From Pseudomonadales bacterium (GTDB lineage: Bacteria > Pseudomonadota > Gammaproteobacteria > Pseudomonadales > UBA7434): 64,000 nucleotides of DNA. The translations under genes were made by a program, and so were the position numbers. The notes beneath the pieces were generated by a model, which was not told the DNA's origin, did not search any database, and saw nothing but the letters and a program-made list of their open reading frames with translations. Shown here piece after piece: positions 60,913-64,000 of this stretch. Numbering within the stretch: the first letter of the stretch is position 1; every line of letters starts with the position of its first letter. Location: assembly GCA_965263235.1 (NCBI GenBank), contig OZ253667.1, positions 642,189 through 706,188 of the forward strand, given 5' to 3'.

Positions 60913-63900
60913 TTGCCAAAGCGTAACGATATAAACAGTATTTTGATTCTTGGTGCGGGGCCAATTGTTATTGGCCAGGCGTGCGAGTTTGATTATTCGG
61001 GCGCGCAGGCGTGCAAGGCGCTAAAGGAAGAAGGTTTGCGGGTGATATTGGTGAACTCCAATCCCGCGACCATTATGACTGACCCGGCGATGGCCGATGC
61101 AACTTACATCGAGCCTGTAGAGTGGAATACGGTCGCGAAAATTATCGAAAAAGAAAAGCCCGACGCAATTTTGCCGACGATGGGTGGGCAGACGGCGCTC
61201 AATTGTGCGTTAGATCTGGCGCGACACGGTGTGCTCGAAAAGTATGGCGTACAAATGATAGGCGCCACGCGAGAAGCAATTGATAAAGCGGAAGACCGGG
61301 ATTTGTTCGATAAAGCGATGAAGCGTATCGGTCTCGAAACTCCGCGCTCCAGGATCGCGCACAGCTTTGAAGAAGCGTTAGAGGCGCAAAAGGAGCTAGG
61401 GTTTCCAACCATTATTCGTCCGTCTTTTACGATGGGGGGGTCGGGTGGCGGAATCGCTTATAACAAGGAAGAGTTCGAAGAAATCTGCAAGCGTGGCCTT
61501 GATTTATCGCCAACCAATGAGCTGCTGTTAGATGAGTCGTTGATTGGCTGGAAAGAATACGAAATGGAAGTTGTGCGTGATAAAAACGACAACTGCATTA
61601 TTATTTGTTCGATCGAAAACTTTGATGCGATGGGTGTGCATACGGGCGACTCGATAACGGTAGCGCCAGCCCAAACACTCACTGATAAAGAATACCAGAT
61701 CATGCGTAACGCCTCGTTAGCGGTGTTGCGAGAGATTGGTGTAGAAACCGGCGGCTCGAATGTGCAGTTTGGGGTTAATCCCAAAGATGGTCGTATGGTT
61801 ATTATCGAAATGAATCCACGTGTGAGTCGTTCGTCTGCGCTGGCTTCAAAAGCAACCGGCTTTCCTATCGCCAAGGTCGCGGCCAAGCTAGCAATTGGTT
61901 ATACGCTGGATGAGCTTTCAAATGACATCACTGGTGGCGTGACTCCTGCTTCGTTCGAGCCTTCTATCGATTATGTTGTCACGAAAATCCCGCGCTTTAC
62001 TTTCGAGAAATTTGCGGCAGCAGAACCTGTTTTAAGTACGCAGATGAAGTCTGTCGGCGAGGTGATGGCTATTGGTCGTTCTTTCCAGGAGTCGGTGCAA
62101 AAAGCATTGAGAGGCCTGGAGGTGGGTTCATCTGGCTTTGAGCCTGTGATCGATCTTGCTGATGTTGATGCCGGAAGTGATATTCGAGCGCAATTAATTA
62201 CACCAGGTCCAGATCGAATCTGGGTGGTAGGCGATGCGTTTCGCGCTGGCATGAGCGTCGATGAAGTGTATGAGCTATCGGGTATTGACCCATGGTACCT
62301 GGTGCAGATTGAAGAGTTGATCAAGCTGGAGAGTGAAGTTGAGCGCATCGGTCTCGATGGGCTGGACAAGGCTTTGTTGTTGAAGTTAAAGCGTAAAGGC
62401 TTTTCGGATCAACGGCTGGCAACATTGGCTGGCTGCAGTGAGCAATCGGTGAGAGAGAAAAGGCTGTCTGCAGGTGTGAAGCCTGTGTACAAGCGGGTTG
62501 ATACCTGTGCCGCTGAGTTCGCCAGCTCGACCGCGTATATGTATTCCACTTACGAAGAAGAGTGCGAGTCACAGCCAAGCGAAAAAGACAAAATCATCGT
62601 GCTTGGTGGTGGGCCAAACCGAATTGGGCAGGGTATTGAGTTCGATTACTGTTGTGTACACGCGGCGCTTGCGATGCGCGAAGACGGTTACGAAACCATA
62701 ATGGTGAATTGTAATCCCGAAACAGTTTCAACAGATTACGACACCTCTGATCGCCTGTATTTCGAGCCGGTTACGCTGGAAGATGTGTTGGCCATAGTTG
62801 AGGTGGAAAAACCCAGGGGTGTGATTGTTCAGTTTGGCGGGCAGACGCCGCTTAAGCTGGCAAATGCCTTGGCCGATTTGGGTGTGCCCATTGTGGGGAC
62901 GACGCCTGACGCGATTGATCGCGCTGAAGATAGAGAGCGTTTCCAGCAGATGATTGTTAGTTTGGGATTACTGCAACCAGAAAATAAAACGGTAATGTCG
63001 AGCGATGCCGCAATTGAGGCGGCGGGGAAAATTGGTTATCCATTGGTTGTGCGTCCGTCTTATGTGTTGGGCGGTCGCGCGATGGAGATAGTTTATTCTG
63101 AGGCAGAGTTAAATCGTTATATGCGAGAAGCGGTGCAGGTTTCTAACGAAAGCCCTGTGCTGCTTGATCGTTTCCTGGATGCGGCGGTAGAGGTTGATAT
63201 CGATGCAGTGTGTGATGGTAAGCAGGTAGTTATTGGTGCTGTGATGCAGCATATCGAGCAAGCGGGCGTGCATTCGGGTGATTCGGCATGCTCGCTTCCG
63301 CCGTACAGCCTGGATGAGCAGACACAAAGTCAGATGCGCGAGATCGTTAAGGCTATGGCGCTAGAATTAGGTGTTGTCGGGCTGATGAATGTCCAGCTTG
63401 CGGTTCAGGACGGAAAGATTTACGTGATCGAGGTAAATCCTCGTGCATCGCGAACGGTTCCATTCGTCTCGAAATGTGTCGGTTCATCATTAGCCAAGAT
63501 TGCAGCACGGTGCATGGTTGGTGTGAGCCTGTCCGATCAGGGGTTTACTGAAGAGCGCATACCTCCTTTTTATAGCGTTAAGGAAGCAGTATTTCCGTTT
63601 GCCAAATTCCAGGGTGTCGATCCTATTTTAGGGCCAGAGATGAAATCGACTGGTGAGGTGATGGGTTCAGGTGAAAGCTTTGCTGAGGCTTTTGCGAAGG
63701 CGGTAATTGGGGCAGGCTCAGTGTTGCCTCGTCAAGGAAAAGCATTCTTGAGTGTGCGGGATCGCGACAAGCAGGGGCTTGTGTCGGTAGCGCAGGAACT
63801 CATCGCTCTAGGTTTTGAGTTGGTAGCGACAGGCGGCACACACACGTTTTTGGCAGATAATGGTGTGGTATCAGAGAAAGTGAATAAGGTAGCTGAAGGG

Positions 63901-64000
63901 CGGCCTCATATTGTGGACGCCATCAAAAACCACGAGATATCACTTATCGTTAACACGACAGAAGGCCCGAAGGCAATTGCGGACTCTGCCACGATTCGTC
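60913..64000 (+). CDS. carB: carbamoyl-phosphate synthase large subunit (3'-truncated by the window end)
   Basis: It is not in the supplied ORF track because no stop occurs in the window. Translation from the TTG at 60913 gives (M)[41 protein letters not shown] ggag lies 8 nt upstream. An in-frame stop at 60880-60882 leaves TTG as the only start candidate. Confidence 0.95.
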   Translation, partial: MPKRNDINSILILGAGPIVIGQACEFDYSGAQACKALKEEGLRVILVNSNPATIMTDPAMADATYIEPVEWNTVAKIIEKEKPDAILPTMGGQTALNCALDLARHGVLEKYGVQMIGATREAIDKAEDRDLFDKAMKRIGLETPRSRIAHSFEEALEAQKELGFPTIIRPSFTMGGSGGGIAYNKEEFEEICKRGLDLSPTNELLLDESLIGWKEYEMEVVRDKNDNCIIICSIENFDAMGVHTGDSITVAPAQTLTDKEYQIMRNASLAVLREIGVETGGSNVQFGVNPKDGRMVIIEMNPRVSRSSALASKATGFPIAKVAAKLAIGYTLDELSNDITGGVTPASFEPSIDYVVTKIPRFTFEKFAAAEPVLSTQMKSVGEVMAIGRSFQESVQKALRGLEVGSSGFEPVIDLADVDAGSDIRAQLITPGPDRIWVVGDAFRAGMSVDEVYELSGIDPWYLVQIEELIKLESEVERIGLDGLDKALLLKLKRKGFSDQRLATLAGCSEQSVREKRLSAGVKPVYKRVDTCAAEFASSTAYMYSTYEEECESQPSEKDKIIVLGGGPNRIGQGIEFDYCCVHAALAMREDGYETIMVNCNPETVSTDYDTSDRLYFEPVTLEDVLAIVEVEKPRGVIVQFGGQTPLKLANALADLGVPIVGTTPDAIDRAEDRERFQQMIVSLGLLQPENKTVMSSDAAIEAAGKIGYPLVVRPSYVLGGRAMEIVYSEAELNRYMREAVQVSNESPVLLDRFLDAAVEVDIDAVCDGKQVVIGAVMQHIEQAGVHSGDSACSLPPYSLDEQTQSQMREIVKAMALELGVVGLMNVQLAVQDGKIYVIEVNPRASRTVPFVSKCVGSSLAKIAARCMVGVSLSDQGFTEERIPPFYSVKEAVFPFAKFQGVDPILGPEMKSTGEVMGSGESFAEAFAKAVIGAGSVLPRQGKAFLSVRDRDKQGLVSVAQELIALGFELVATGGTHTFLADNGVVSEKVNKVAEGRPHIVDAIKNHEISLIVNTTEGPKAIADSATIR

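Overview
This is a 64-kb chromosomal segment from a gammaproteobacterium. The tmRNA tag is ANDENYALAA, and the species cannot be determined by eye. All calls come from reading the sequence and the ORF translations. No searches or computations were run, so homology statements are recognition of motifs and families, not database hits.

Gene content, left to right:
- Housekeeping genes gltB-gltD and hemE.
- A lipid/efflux neighbourhood: alpha/beta hydrolase, two thioesterase-like proteins, a saccharopine-dehydrogenase-like reductase, TetR with a two-gene RND pump, and an acyl-CoA dehydrogenase.
- rlmG and a membrane-anchored esterase.
- A guanidine-I (ykkC) riboswitch leading an 8-gene operon: NMT1-type ABC transporter, two DUF1989 proteins, a urea/guanidine carboxylase and allophanate hydrolase.
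- Three consecutive secreted proteins with a VPxPA/PEP-CTERM-like C-terminal sorting tag, including a 1425-aa multidomain 5'-nucleotidase.
- A BigR/ArsR-type persulfide-stress operon: rhodanese-DUF2892, TauE, persulfide-dioxygenase-like MBL, DoxX and DUF2970.
- An integrase-less composite island inserted at the 3' end of ssrA (tmRNA).
- A cysteine-synthase-family gene, a cold-shock protein, smpB, rnfH, bamE, fur and recN.
- hrcA-grpE-dnaK-dnaJ with sigma32-type promoters, then dapB and carA.
- A 3'-truncated carB that is missing from the supplied ORF track.

The most interesting region is 41.8-47.7 kb. Two ~170-nt direct repeats and four copies of the ssrA 3' core bracket two modules. One is a Fic AMPylase followed by an ArfA-like non-stop mini-ORF. 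The other is a two-gene operon of an MmeI-family type IIL restriction-modification enzyme plus an Mrr-catalytic-domain nuclease with an unassigned N-terminal domain.

No CRISPR array, rRNA, tRNA, transposase or integrase was seen.
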